Positions 49,433-59,162 of a stretch of 64,000 nucleotides of DNA are shown here, in pieces. The notes below the pieces were generated by a model. That model was not told the DNA's origin, searched no databases, and saw only the letters and a program-made list of their open reading frames with translations. This DNA is from Patescibacteria group bacterium (GTDB lineage: Bacteria > Patescibacteriota > Patescibacteriia > Buchananbacterales > UBA6539), in the NCBI GenBank assembly GCA_034003985.1, contig JAVEXP010000001.1, positions 155,347-219,346 of the forward strand, given 5' to 3'. Every line of letters begins with the position of its first letter. The stretch's first letter is position 1. The translations under genes were made by a program, and so were the position numbers.

Positions 49433-50578
49433 ATGTCTAAAATTAGCAGAAAAATTAAGGTCGGAGTGATTTTTGGCGGCCGGAGCGGAGAACACGAGGT
49501 CTCAATTGTTTCAGCTCAATCGGTGATGAAAGAATTAGCCAAGAAGGGCTATGACATTATGCCTATTGGTATTACCAAAGAAGGTAAATGGGTAGCTGGC
49601 GCCGAGGCAGTTAGATTTCTTAAGGACGGCATCAAGCGCTTACCTTTTAAATCTGTATTATTGCCCGATCCAACCCAAAAAGGCTTGGTAAAAATCGGAG
49701 AGCGGGGGATAGTTAATGTTAAATCAAATCAACCTGGCCGATTAGATGTGATATTCCCTTTGATCCATGGCAGCTATGGCGAAGATGGTAAACTCCAGGG
49801 TTTGTTGGAAATGGCTGATTTGCCTTATGTCGGTGCTGGTGTTTTGGGTTCGGCGTTGGGAATGGATAAGGTAGTTCAAAAACAGTTGACTGATCGGGCG
49901 GGGATTCGCAGTGTTGAATATGATTGGGTTATGAATAAAGACTGGCAAAAAAATCGTGAACAGACATTGAAACGGCTGATGAAAAAATTAAGATATCCAA
50001 TTTTTACCAAACCGGCCAACTCAGGATCCAGCGTCGGCATCAATAAATGTCATAATCAACGGGAGCTAATCAATGGGATCAACGAGGCGCTAAAGTATGA
50101 TCACAAAGTGATTATTGAGCAGGGCATTGAAGATATCAGGGAAATTGAAGTGGCGGTGTTGGGCAACGATGACCCTAAGGCGTCGGTTCCGGGGGAAATC
50201 GTGGCCTCCAATGAATTTTATGATTATGACGCCAAATATATTGATGGCAAGTCTCAGGCAATTATTCCCGCCAAATTGCCAAAATCGGTAGTTGCTAAAA
50301 TCCAAAGATTGGCAGTCTCGGCTTTCAGGGCTTTAAATTTATCCGGAATGGCTAGGGTTGATTTCATGGTCAGGAAGAAAGATGGCCGGGTTTATCTGAA
50401 CGAAGTCAATACAATTCCGGGATTTACTTCAATTTCTATGTACCCGAAATTATGGGAGGCCTCCGGTTTGAATTACACCGATTTACTTGATCAGCTGATA
50501 AAACTGGCAATGGCAAAGCATCAAGAAAAAAATGAACTGCTGACCAGTTATCAACCCAAAGATGATTGGTATAAATAG
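49433..50578 (+). CDS. ddl: D-alanine--D-alanine ligase
   Basis: GGRSGEHEVS, HGSYGEDG, GSSVG, YDYDAKY, NEVNTIPGFT. Confidence 0.96.
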   Translation: MSKISRKIKVGVIFGGRSGEHEVSIVSAQSVMKELAKKGYDIMPIGITKEGKWVAGAEAVRFLKDGIKRLPFKSVLLPDPTQKGLVKIGERGIVNVKSNQPGRLDVIFPLIHGSYGEDGKLQGLLEMADLPYVGAGVLGSALGMDKVVQKQLTDRAGIRSVEYDWVMNKDWQKNREQTLKRLMKKLRYPIFTKPANSGSSVGINKCHNQRELINGINEALKYDHKVIIEQGIEDIREIEVAVLGNDDPKASVPGEIVASNEFYDYDAKYIDGKSQAIIPAKLPKSVVAKIQRLAVSAFRALNLSGMARVDFMVRKKDGRVYLNEVNTIPGFTSISMYPKLWEASGLNYTDLLDQLIKLAMAKHQEKNELLTSYQPKDDWYK

Positions 50579-50580
50579 TT

Positions 50581-51447
50581 ATGAAAGCTAAAAAAGATTA
50601 TCATCGTAAGGATTTTAATAATCCCTTTTTTCCCAAGAAATCAAAAATCAGCGCCGGGCGCAAGGCAAAAATTTTAGTCGGCCTGGTTTTAGGTTTGATT
50701 TTAATTGCAGTTTATTTGTTTAATCGGTTGCCGGCCTTGCAAATAACTAATATTGAAATCGCGGGCAATGATTACGCCTCTACTGAGGAAATCAAAGCCT
50801 TGGTTGATGATCAAATGAATCATCGTCGGTGGTTATTTTTTAATCAGCATAACATTTTATTTTTTAGTAAGTCGCAATTACGCCAAAAACTCGATAGTTA
50901 TTATTTGCTGGAGAGAATAAAGATTAAAAAAAGATATTTCAGCGGTTTGGATATTGAGATAACCGAACGACCGTCGGGACTGGTTTGGTCGAGCGATAAC
51001 AAATATTATTATTTGGATTTGAGCGGAAAAGTCTTGCGAGAGATCCAGCCTGATAATGTGGTAATTGTGGAAGGGCAGGGAACTACTAATCTTGTCAGAA
51101 ATCAGGCTGAAAGTGTTAAATATCCATTAGTAACTGATTTAAGCAATAGCGAGGTGTTTATTAATCAACAGGCCGCTAGCGAAAAACTAATCCGTTTTGT
51201 GTTGGGTTTTAGTGATTTGATAACACGGTCCGGTGATTTTGTGGTTTCTCATTATGAAATTTTTAAGTCGAATACCAGAGAAATTGAAATGGTCACGAAA
51301 GCCGGCTGGCGGGTCAAATTAAATATTGAAGAAACCCCCGAATCGCAGGCGGAATTATTGCTCGCAGTTTTGCAACAGCGGGTTAAGGATCGAAATAATT
51401 TAGAATACATTGATTTGCGTTTTGGGGACAAAATATTTTGGAAATAA
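50581..51447 (+). CDS. ftsQ: FtsQ/DivIB-like cell division protein
   Basis: TM plus POTRA-like I..I.I.GN; I.ER; C-terminal EYIDLRFG. Confidence 0.7.
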   Translation: MKAKKDYHRKDFNNPFFPKKSKISAGRKAKILVGLVLGLILIAVYLFNRLPALQITNIEIAGNDYASTEEIKALVDDQMNHRRWLFFNQHNILFFSKSQLRQKLDSYYLLERIKIKKRYFSGLDIEITERPSGLVWSSDNKYYYLDLSGKVLREIQPDNVVIVEGQGTTNLVRNQAESVKYPLVTDLSNSEVFINQQAASEKLIRFVLGFSDLITRSGDFVVSHYEIFKSNTREIEMVTKAGWRVKLNIEETPESQAELLLAVLQQRVKDRNNLEYIDLRFGDKIFWK

Positions 51448-51453
51448 AATTCT

Positions 51454-52317
51454 ATGCCTAGGAGTTTATTAATTACCAAAGCTGATGGTAATAAAGAGGT
51501 TTTTTCGGTTGATAAATTGAAAAAATCAATGTTTCGTTCCGGTGTTAGCGAGCCGGTTATTAACCAAACCATCAGCCAAATAAAGAAAAAGATTAAGCCC
51601 GGGGTCAGTACTTCTCGGATATATCGCTTGGCTTTTAACAATTTGAAATCAGCTAATAAAGTTTACGCCGCCAAATACAGTTTAAAAAAAGCGGTGATGG
51701 ATCTTGGTCCCGACGGTTTTCCATTTGAAAAATATTTCGCCGCCCTATTGAAAGATCAGGGTTATTTGACTTTTACTAATGTGGTTGTTAAAGGCAAGTG
51801 TATTACTCATGAAGTAGATATTATTGCCGAGAAGCCCCAGAAAAATATTCACGCGATTATTGAGGCTAAATTTCATTCTCGCAGCGGCGGTAAAACCGCC
51901 AGCAAGGATGCTTTATATACCCATGCTCGATTTTTGGATATTAAAGAATTTTGGAATCGACAAAAAATTTTAGGCGCTAAACCCAGTACTGGTCAGCTTG
52001 AAAGTTGGTTAGTAACTAATACTAAAATTACGGCGGAAGCTAGACAGTACTGCTTGTGTTCCGGAATCAAAGTCGTAGGTTGGGATTATTCATCAATTGG
52101 TGATAATTTGGAGCAGATGATTCATCACAAGGGATTGTATCCGATAACGGTTTTAACCAGTCTTAATAATGAATCTAAACGCAAACTGCTTGGTCATGGG
52201 GTGGTATTATGTAAGGATCTATTGGATGATAAAAATTCCAAATTATTAAAGCGACTATATTTAAAAAAAGGGCAGTTAAATAGATTACTTGATGAAGTTA
52301 AACTATTACTACGCTGA
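51454..52317 (+). CDS. ATP-cone plus Mrr-like PD-(D/E)xK endonuclease
   Basis: ITKADG.KE.FS.DK cone; GFPFE, EVDIIA...IEAK, VTNT. Confidence 0.8.
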   Translation: MPRSLLITKADGNKEVFSVDKLKKSMFRSGVSEPVINQTISQIKKKIKPGVSTSRIYRLAFNNLKSANKVYAAKYSLKKAVMDLGPDGFPFEKYFAALLKDQGYLTFTNVVVKGKCITHEVDIIAEKPQKNIHAIIEAKFHSRSGGKTASKDALYTHARFLDIKEFWNRQKILGAKPSTGQLESWLVTNTKITAEARQYCLCSGIKVVGWDYSSIGDNLEQMIHHKGLYPITVLTSLNNESKRKLLGHGVVLCKDLLDDKNSKLLKRLYLKKGQLNRLLDEVKLLLR

Positions 52318-52437
52318 ATCTGCTCAGTATTAAATAAGAGTTATGTGTCGTAAAATATTATAGAAACATTTGGCAGGGCAGGGAAGAGGAGATTGAATGA
52401 TTAAGATAATTGATTGATATAATTTTTTATTTTGATG

Positions 52438-52461
52438 ATATTTGATAGATCTATCAAATAT
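52438..52461. repeat. Perfect 24-bp palindrome
   Basis: ATATTTGATAGATCTATCAAATAT. Confidence 0.85.
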
Positions 52462-52617
52462 TTTTTTAATTTAATTATCTAGTTGGATGTCCATCATTGT
52501 CCAAAAGAAATTTATTTTTAATATTTTTAGATTGAATATTTAATTCCACGGAATTTTGTTTCTTTTTAGAGCCATTGGAGTAACTTGATTGGCTCTTTGC
52601 TGCTATTTGTGGATAAG

Positions 52618-52673
52618 TTATTAAATATGTAGTGTCGTATAAGATATATTGTGCGACACTACATATTTAATAA
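52618..52673. other. dif-like Xer site in a 56-bp inverted repeat
   Basis: GTGTCGTATAA-GATATA-TTGTGCGACAC 11-6-11 core; 25-bp arms with 2 mismatches. Confidence 0.55.
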
Positions 52674-52912
52674 AACAGCCTTAAATAATAATTAAAATTC
52701 ATCCCCTCGCTCAACGGCGAGTTGACAACCTGGGTAATAAGATATAAAGTTTATTGTCGGGAACATTAAAAATATTTTGTCCTTCCCTATTTGACGGTTA
52801 TTCTTGAAGATTGCCAGCAGATACGGGAGGGCAAAAATGCATATCTTGCAGTTGCCAGGCCTGGTCGACCTGTGCTAAATGCCACTCCTATTAATTCATG
52901 AGCTTTAGGCTT

Positions 52913-53074
52913 ATGTACCACGCAATCAAAACCGGAGTGACATTAGCCGTCGGCTTAGCCGTACTGCAGATGTTCCTCCCTGATGTGGGATCCAAGTTAG
53001 TTGAGTTAATCACTACGGTGATTGACATTATGCTGGTTACCATCAACCAAGCGTCGACTAACTTACCCTCATAG
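52913..53074 (+). CDS. Small hydrophobic protein (53 aa) with structured leader
   Basis: MYHAIKTGVTLAVGLAVLQMFLP...TNLPS; promoter TTGACA-17-TAAAGT at 52722-52750; terminator ~53082-53111. Confidence 0.55.
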   Translation: MYHAIKTGVTLAVGLAVLQMFLPDVGSKLVELITTVIDIMLVTINQASTNLPS

Positions 53075-53132
53075 ACGACATAAGGCCCTAGGATACTCTC
53101 CTGGGCCTTTTCCTTTGTCTTTGAATATTAGT

Positions 53133-53792
53133 TTAGCTATTTATTTTTCGATAGCTTAAATAAGAGTAGATCATAATCAGTGTTACTCCGCTGATGATTG
53201 AGACAATAAATATCCGCCAATAAATTTGGTTTGGTAAAAACGCTCCTAGAATAGTTATTAACCCCATGGCCACAAATATCTTTCCGCCGAATCGGTGAGT
53301 TTGATTCCAAACCTTTTCATTGGACAATGTCCAAGGAGTTCTGATCCCGATAAACCAATTAGGTTTTATTTTTGATAGGTAATTTCCAATGATCAAAAAT
53401 AGTACCCCGATTGATAACGGTACTACTATATTGATCGGGATTTGATAACCAAGGCCGACTAAGCCAATATAAAAATAGATCAAAGCAAAATAGCCGATTA
53501 TAATAGCCTTAAAAACATGGTAGGTTTTTTGAAATTGTGAATAGCGTTCAGCTTTGGGGTCAATTAAAGGAATAATTAAGAATGTTAAATACGAAACAAT
53601 CATTATCGCCGGGATCATGAAAGCGCCAACCATTTTATTGGAATAACTGTCAATTTCTCCTTGATAATTCCAGTGCATTGGCACTTGTTCTGGAAAATGG
53701 GTATAGAAATAAAAACTACCAACTATAACCAGGATAATTGTTAGCAGCGGGATTAATTCAGTGGTTGGACTGAGGTTGACTGGATTTTTCAT
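53133..53792 (-). CDS. sdpI: SdpI/DUF1648 immunity-type membrane protein
   Basis: P.HWN..G..D, GNYL.KI.PNWFIGIRTPWTL....W..THR. Confidence 0.9.
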   Translation of the reverse strand: MKNPVNLSPTTELIPLLTIILVIVGSFYFYTHFPEQVPMHWNYQGEIDSYSNKMVGAFMIPAIMIVSYLTFLIIPLIDPKAERYSQFQKTYHVFKAIIIGYFALIYFYIGLVGLGYQIPINIVVPLSIGVLFLIIGNYLSKIKPNWFIGIRTPWTLSNEKVWNQTHRFGGKIFVAMGLITILGAFLPNQIYWRIFIVSIISGVTLIMIYSYLSYRKINS

Positions 53793-54058
53793 ATTTTTTT
53801 ATTGAAAAAATTATATAACTCTTTAGCGACTTCCTCAAAGATGCTTAAATTTAAAGAGTAGATCAGTTGTTGCCCTCGTCGGCGGTAGCTGATTAAACCG
53901 GCATTTTTTAAGATAGTTAGATGATGAGATAATGACGGCAAGGTTATATCGAAGTTTATCGCCATTTCATTAACCGACAGCTCTTTCCTTTTAAGCAAGG
54001 TAAGGATTTTTCTCCTGGTCGGATCGGCTAAAGCGGCGAAAGTTTTGTTTAAGCTCAT
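53789..54058 (-). CDS. sdpR: ArsR/SdpR-family repressor
   Basis: F.ALADPTRRKIL, SLSHHL.IL..AGL....R.GQ...YSLN; overlaps sdpI start. Confidence 0.88.
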   Translation of the reverse strand: MSLNKTFAALADPTRRKILTLLKRKELSVNEMAINFDITLPSLSHHLTILKNAGLISYRRRGQQLIYSLNLSIFEEVAKELYNFFNKKI

Positions 54059-54095
54059 AGCAATTATCCCTTCCCCTAATGTTTGACAGCTAAGC

Positions 54096-54139
54096 AAGTT
54101 ATTATTTAGATAGTTAGATAACTATCTAAATAATAACTT
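54096..54139. promoter_or_regulatory. SdpR operator palindrome
   Basis: Perfect 21-bp arms AAGTTATTATTTAGATAGTTA-ga-TAACTATCTAAATAATAACTT upstream of sdpR. Confidence 0.75.
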
Positions 54140-54172
54140 AAAAGAAAGTGGTGGTCAAATTTTTATCCACTG

Positions 54173-54574
54173 CTATAAATCGTTCCAGTAAAGTATTTTT
54201 AGGTAAGTAATGCTTAAAAAAAGGATACAGGCTTGCAAAACATCAGTTAAATTAGGATTTTGGCCAAAGAAGAAAGGCGTGATTATTGTTAAAACCGGGG
54301 CTAGATACATCAATAGATCGTGTTTAATCTGCTGTTTCCAGGTAAGTCGGGCAGAAATGTAGAATTGGTTGTTAGCTTCAAAATGTTTGATTTTTTTTCG
54401 GTCACGGGTATGAACTAAAATACCAAGAGTGATAAAAACTAAAGCTGGAACCAATGACACGATTGTTTCGGTCAGTGATCTTATTTTGTAAAGATAACTA
54501 AAGTAAATATATCCAACTACCACGACGATCGACCAGGTTACTACCAAAGATATTTTTGGGAACTGGCTATTCAT
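54173..54574 (-). CDS. Hypothetical 4-TM membrane protein
   Basis: Hydrophobic segments; abuts the M23 gene. Confidence 0.65.
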   Translation of the reverse strand: MNSQFPKISLVVTWSIVVVVGYIYFSYLYKIRSLTETIVSLVPALVFITLGILVHTRDRKKIKHFEANNQFYISARLTWKQQIKHDLLMYLAPVLTIITPFFFGQNPNLTDVLQACILFLSITYLKILYWNDL

Positions 54575-54577
54575 ATG

Positions 54578-55822
54578 TTAAGGCAGGTACTCTAAGGGAT
54601 TGACTGGTATGCCGCCTAATCTGACCTCGAAATGAAGATGCGGGCCGGTGCTCAAATTACCGGAACCGGGTGTTCCAGGCATGCCGCCACTTAGAGCGAT
54701 GGCTTGACCCTTGGTGACATATTGATCCTCCTTTACCAACGGTTTGGAAACATGTCCATAGACAGTTGAAATGTCGTTATTGTGGATTAGCATGATATAA
54801 GCATAACTGGAATCGCCGGCAAATTTAACTCTGGCAACATAGCCTGATTCCGCGGCGGTGAGGGTTGTCCCCTGGTAGGCCCTGATATCAATTGCCGGAT
54901 GTTCAAAAATATAACGGAAAGGATAATCGGGATCGTGAAAGTAAGCCGATATTCCCCGACTGTGATCAAGCGGCCAGGCTAACCTGGCATCGCCGAAGTC
55001 TTTAAATCTTTCGGCTAATTCGCGTTGTTCCAGTTCAGCTCTGATTGTTTTTTCGATGCTGGATATTTCAGAGTTAGCTTGCTGTTGCTCAAGCTGAAGC
55101 TGATACTGGTAATTTTGGTATTGTTTTTGAGTTAGTCGGGCTTGAACCAACAGCATTCCTTGGGCGGTATTTCTTTCTTCCAGCTCCGATCGCTGGCTTT
55201 GGAGCTGGTCTTTAAGTTCGTTTTCCAGCTTTATTTTTCCTTCCAGGTCATTTTTTTCCTTTTCAAAATTTATCTTTTCATTTTTTAGACCGCTTAGGGC
55301 ATTTTTTAAATCATTGTGGATTTCTTCTGTGTATTTAATTTGATCAAAAAAATCAGAAAAAGAGTCATGATTGAGGACAATCTCAAGCGGACTGATTTGA
55401 TCATTTCGATGTATTAGCCTTAAATATTCTGATATTTTTGCTTTTTGATCCTTGATTCTATTTTCCAATACCTTGATTTCCAGATTAGCCGCCTGAATTG
55501 CCAGTTGGTTTTCTTCAATTCTGATATTGGTGCTTTCAATATCCAAATTAATTTTGGCAATTTGGTTATCAATAATCGAAATTTGGTTTTGCAGTCCCCT
55601 AGCCTCTTGCTGTTTAATTTTAATTTGTTCGGCATAAGCATCGATTTCTTTTTGCAAAACATCAATTTCTCGGCGTTTTTGTTCAATTTGTTGATTGAGG
55701 ATCGTGACATCTTCTTCGGCCTTGGTTGGTAAAATAAAAAAATTGGTCAACAATAAACTAACCAATAGCAGCTGGCTTAGCCGATAATATTTTTTGTATT
55801 TTTGTTTTTTATTTTGGTACAT
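54578..55822 (-). CDS. Coiled-coil M23 peptidase (EnvC/CwlO-like)
   Basis: Signal peptide, long coiled coil, H.AID, YGH, STGPHLHFEVR. Confidence 0.92.
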   Translation of the reverse strand: MYQNKKQKYKKYYRLSQLLLVSLLLTNFFILPTKAEEDVTILNQQIEQKRREIDVLQKEIDAYAEQIKIKQQEARGLQNQISIIDNQIAKINLDIESTNIRIEENQLAIQAANLEIKVLENRIKDQKAKISEYLRLIHRNDQISPLEIVLNHDSFSDFFDQIKYTEEIHNDLKNALSGLKNEKINFEKEKNDLEGKIKLENELKDQLQSQRSELEERNTAQGMLLVQARLTQKQYQNYQYQLQLEQQQANSEISSIEKTIRAELEQRELAERFKDFGDARLAWPLDHSRGISAYFHDPDYPFRYIFEHPAIDIRAYQGTTLTAAESGYVARVKFAGDSSYAYIMLIHNNDISTVYGHVSKPLVKEDQYVTKGQAIALSGGMPGTPGSGNLSTGPHLHFEVRLGGIPVNPLEYLP

Positions 55823-55898
55823 GCTGAATTAATTATAATCAGAAATTTTTCCTAAAGCAATTGTTTTGAATCGTTAAAATCCATGTTTTAAATCGGCT

Positions 55899-57362
55899 TT
55901 AGCCTAAGTTGTTGCCAAGATCTTTAGCTTGGAGTTTTTCGATGGCCATTTCAATTCGATTTAGGCTTTCAGTTTTTCCCAGAATGGCGGCGACCTCAAA
56001 ATTTCCTGGACTGGCTTGGCGTCCAGTCAGGGCGACGCGCATCGGCCAAAGCATATCTCCTATGCTGTAATTATTATCTTTGATGAAGAGAGTAATGATT
56101 TTTTCCAGTGTCTCGGTTTGCCAGTCGTTGGCCGGTATTTTTTCCAGCTCAATTTTAATCAATTCCAAATTTTTCAAAGTTGCTTGGCCGGTCGATTTTT
56201 TCCAAACTAAAAGCTTGGTTTCATAATCCGGTAGCTGGAAAAAAAAGCCAGTGGCCTCAACAATCTCATTAAGGCGTTTTATCCGTTGTTGCTCGGAAGC
56301 GATAACTTTTTCAAGGTTGATTTCTTTATTTTTAACATTAATGCCGGCCTGGGAAAAATAAGGCTCACAAAGTTTTGCCAGTTGGTGTGGCGACTTGCTC
56401 CTTAAGTAGTGGCCATTGAGCCAGTCTAGTTTTTGGACATTGAATATCGCTCCTGACTTATTTATTTTATCAATCGCAAAAGTTTTTATCATTTCTTCAA
56501 GATTGAATATTTCTTGGTCGGTTCCGGGATTCCACCCCAAAAGCAGAACAAAATTAAGCAAGGCTTCCGGTAAATATCCCTTGGCTAAGTAATCTTCAAC
56601 CGCCACATCGCCTTGCCGCTTGGAAAGTTTCGTCCGGTCGGAGTTGAGCAATAACGGCAGGTGAGCAAAATTTGGTTTATCCCAGTTGAAAGCTTTGTAT
56701 AGCAATAAATGTTTGGGAGTTGACGGCAGCCACTCCTCTCCTCTGATAACATCAGTCACTTCCATATCGTGATCATCAATGACGGAAGCCAAATGATAAG
56801 TTGGAAAACCGTCTGATTTTAAAATGATCGGGTCATCCAGGAGTTTGTTGTCAAAAGTTACTTTTCCTCGAACCAGGTCAATAAATTCGGTTTGACCAGT
56901 TTTTGGCATTTTAAATCGGATGACATATTCTTGATTGTTAGTTATTTTTTCTTCAATTTCAGCTGGTGTTAAATTTCGGCAATGGCCGTCGTACATTGGT
57001 GGTAGACCTTTTTGGGTTTGAAGTTGGCGTAAATTATCTAAACGATCCTTGGAGCAGAAACAATAATAAGCTTGTGAAGCTTCAACTAATTTTTTAGCGC
57101 CAGTTTGATATTTTTCCAAGCGTTCGGATTGGAAAACAACTTTTTTATTATCGCGGTTAAGGCCAAATTTTTCCAAGGTCGTAATCAGGCTTTCGGCGGC
57201 CCCCTCAACTTTTCTGGTTTGATCGGTATCTTCAATTCTTAACAAAAAATTACCCCCGTGGTGACGGGCAAAAAGATAGCTGTATAAAGCCGTTCTTAAA
57301 CCGCCGACATGCAAAAAACCGGTGGGGCTGGGAGCAAAACGAGTGGTGATTTTTTTAGCCAT
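55899..57362 (-). CDS. gltX: Glutamate--tRNA ligase
   Basis: RFAPSPTG.LHVG, LRIEDTD, IRGEEW, KLSKR. Confidence 0.97.
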   Translation of the reverse strand: MAKKITTRFAPSPTGFLHVGGLRTALYSYLFARHHGGNFLLRIEDTDQTRKVEGAAESLITTLEKFGLNRDNKKVVFQSERLEKYQTGAKKLVEASQAYYCFCSKDRLDNLRQLQTQKGLPPMYDGHCRNLTPAEIEEKITNNQEYVIRFKMPKTGQTEFIDLVRGKVTFDNKLLDDPIILKSDGFPTYHLASVIDDHDMEVTDVIRGEEWLPSTPKHLLLYKAFNWDKPNFAHLPLLLNSDRTKLSKRQGDVAVEDYLAKGYLPEALLNFVLLLGWNPGTDQEIFNLEEMIKTFAIDKINKSGAIFNVQKLDWLNGHYLRSKSPHQLAKLCEPYFSQAGINVKNKEINLEKVIASEQQRIKRLNEIVEATGFFFQLPDYETKLLVWKKSTGQATLKNLELIKIELEKIPANDWQTETLEKIITLFIKDNNYSIGDMLWPMRVALTGRQASPGNFEVAAILGKTESLNRIEMAIEKLQAKDLGNNLG

Positions 57363-57469
57363 AAATAATAAATTAGAGGTGAAAACCTCTGTTTAATTTT
57401 ACTATTTTTAATTAACTTTGACAAATAGGATGGAATCGACTAAAATAAGATTTTTAAGGAGGTTTTGCC

Positions 57470-57799
57470 ATGACGATTGAACATTGGGAAATCGGCCCAA
57501 CGGCCGAAGAGGCTTGGCAGCGAGCGCTGTCTAACGGCAAAGATTGCACCTTCGTTGGTTGGACGGCCTTTGTGGCAATTATCAAGTGGTCTCAGGAGGG
57601 TCACGGTGAAGTGGTGATGGTGGAAAACGATCGGCCGGTTGAAGGCATGACTGCGTCTCAGGTAATTGAGTGGTGTCGCGATGGTCAAGTATTGCGTTTC
57701 CGGACCATTACCAAAATGGATAAACCATTTGATCATCCGTTGTGCCAACTGCTGAAAGTCGGCAAACCGGCTTTCAAGGGTGTTGCTCTCAGCGATTAG
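57470..57799 (+). CDS. Hypothetical protein
   Basis: AGGAGG SD; upstream TTGACA-17-TAAAAT. Confidence 0.6.
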   Translation: MTIEHWEIGPTAEEAWQRALSNGKDCTFVGWTAFVAIIKWSQEGHGEVVMVENDRPVEGMTASQVIEWCRDGQVLRFRTITKMDKPFDHPLCQLLKVGKPAFKGVALSD

Positions 57800-58547
57800 G
57801 GGCAACCCTTTTTTTTATTTGATCAATCAAGACCAACCAAGGGAAGATTACAGTAGCAGTAAAGATTCTTTTGTATCTTTGAGGTTGAAGAATTAAACGG
57901 AATAGCCATTCTAATCCGAGATTCCTTAAAATTTTTGGTGCTCGCAAAACATTGCCGGAGATGTAATCAAAGGCACCCCCAATCCCAACGGCGACTTTAA
58001 TATTTGGTAATTGATCAAGGTGATAGAAGATCCATTTTTCTTGTTTGATTTGGCCCAGGGCGACAAATAAAATGGCTGCCTGGGAATCATTAATGCGTTC
58101 AATGAGCTCATGGTCAATTTCTTTGGGGTCGGTAATATCTCCCCCGCTTTCGGCGCCGGCAACAATTAGATTGGGTAAATTTTCTTTTAACACTGTTGCA
58201 GTTTGAGCTGCAACAGTTTCGGCGGCGCCTAATAAATAAACTGAACAATTTTGTTGTTCAGCTAATTCACTGATTAACCAGACGAGGTCAACGCCGGTTA
58301 CTCGTTGCAACCGCTGGCCTAAGAGTTTGGCGATTTTAATCAATCCGACACCGTCGGCCACGGCGATATCGGCATAATTTAGGATTTCTTTAAATTCATG
58401 GTCTTGATTTGTGGCGACAATAAATTCCGGATTGGGAGTCACTAAATAATGCTGGTCATTTGAGTGCAAAAAATGGTTCACCTGTTCTAAAACTTCTTGC
58501 GGTGATAAATTATCGATTTGAACTCCCAATATATCAACCTTGTCCAT
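57789..58547 (-). CDS. WecB/TagA/CpsF glycosyltransferase (GT26)
   Basis: TPNPE, ADG.G, RVTG.DL, KQE.W, GIGGAFD, LEWL.RL..QP.R. Confidence 0.93.
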   Translation of the reverse strand: MDKVDILGVQIDNLSPQEVLEQVNHFLHSNDQHYLVTPNPEFIVATNQDHEFKEILNYADIAVADGVGLIKIAKLLGQRLQRVTGVDLVWLISELAEQQNCSVYLLGAAETVAAQTATVLKENLPNLIVAGAESGGDITDPKEIDHELIERINDSQAAILFVALGQIKQEKWIFYHLDQLPNIKVAVGIGGAFDYISGNVLRAPKILRNLGLEWLFRLILQPQRYKRIFTATVIFPWLVLIDQIKKRVAPNR

Positions 58548-58559
58548 ACATTTAAATTA

Positions 58560-59123
58560 CTATTGAGATGGATTCAAAGTGAAACTTTTAATAATTTTAT
58601 ATTGCGATCCTTGGGGGTGAAGCTGGCTGTGCATCAATTCAATATGGTTGATTTTGAATTCTAGGTTTGGCGTTCTTAGATTTTGAGTCTTAAAGATTGT
58701 TTTGGTTTTGATCCGAGCCACAGTCAGATGCGGCTTCCATGGCCTGTCGTCCAGACTGATGCCGCTAGTCGTTAATTTTTTTCCGAGGGTTGCTTGTAAT
58801 TTCGTCAGTTCTGATCCAAATTTTTCTTTGACTTCAAGGATAATCGTAGTGGGATTTTTCAAATCAGGGAAAGCGTTAATTTTAGAAGTAATTAGCGACA
58901 TGGGACTATGCTGACGGCAAGTGGTCTTGATAATTTCTTCAATCAATTTAATTTCGCGTTCGTTGCGGTTGCCTAAAAAGTGTAAAGTCAGGTGTAAGCC
59001 GGCGGGTTTGACATAATGAATTGCCTGATGGGGGTTAATTTTTTTGGCTTGGGAAATAAAACCAGCTAGGATATTCTTCATTTCATCAGGTAAGCTGATG
59101 GCAATAAAAATTCGCTTGTCCAT
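58560..59123 (-). CDS. thpR: RNA 2',3'-cyclic phosphodiesterase (2H family)
   Basis: RIFIAI, HLTL.FLG, PHLTVAR. Confidence 0.92.
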   Translation of the reverse strand: MDKRIFIAISLPDEMKNILAGFISQAKKINPHQAIHYVKPAGLHLTLHFLGNRNEREIKLIEEIIKTTCRQHSPMSLITSKINAFPDLKNPTTIILEVKEKFGSELTKLQATLGKKLTTSGISLDDRPWKPHLTVARIKTKTIFKTQNLRTPNLEFKINHIELMHSQLHPQGSQYKIIKSFTLNPSQ

Positions 59124-59162
59124 AATTGAATTATAGCATTCAAAAATGGTATAATCAAGCCG

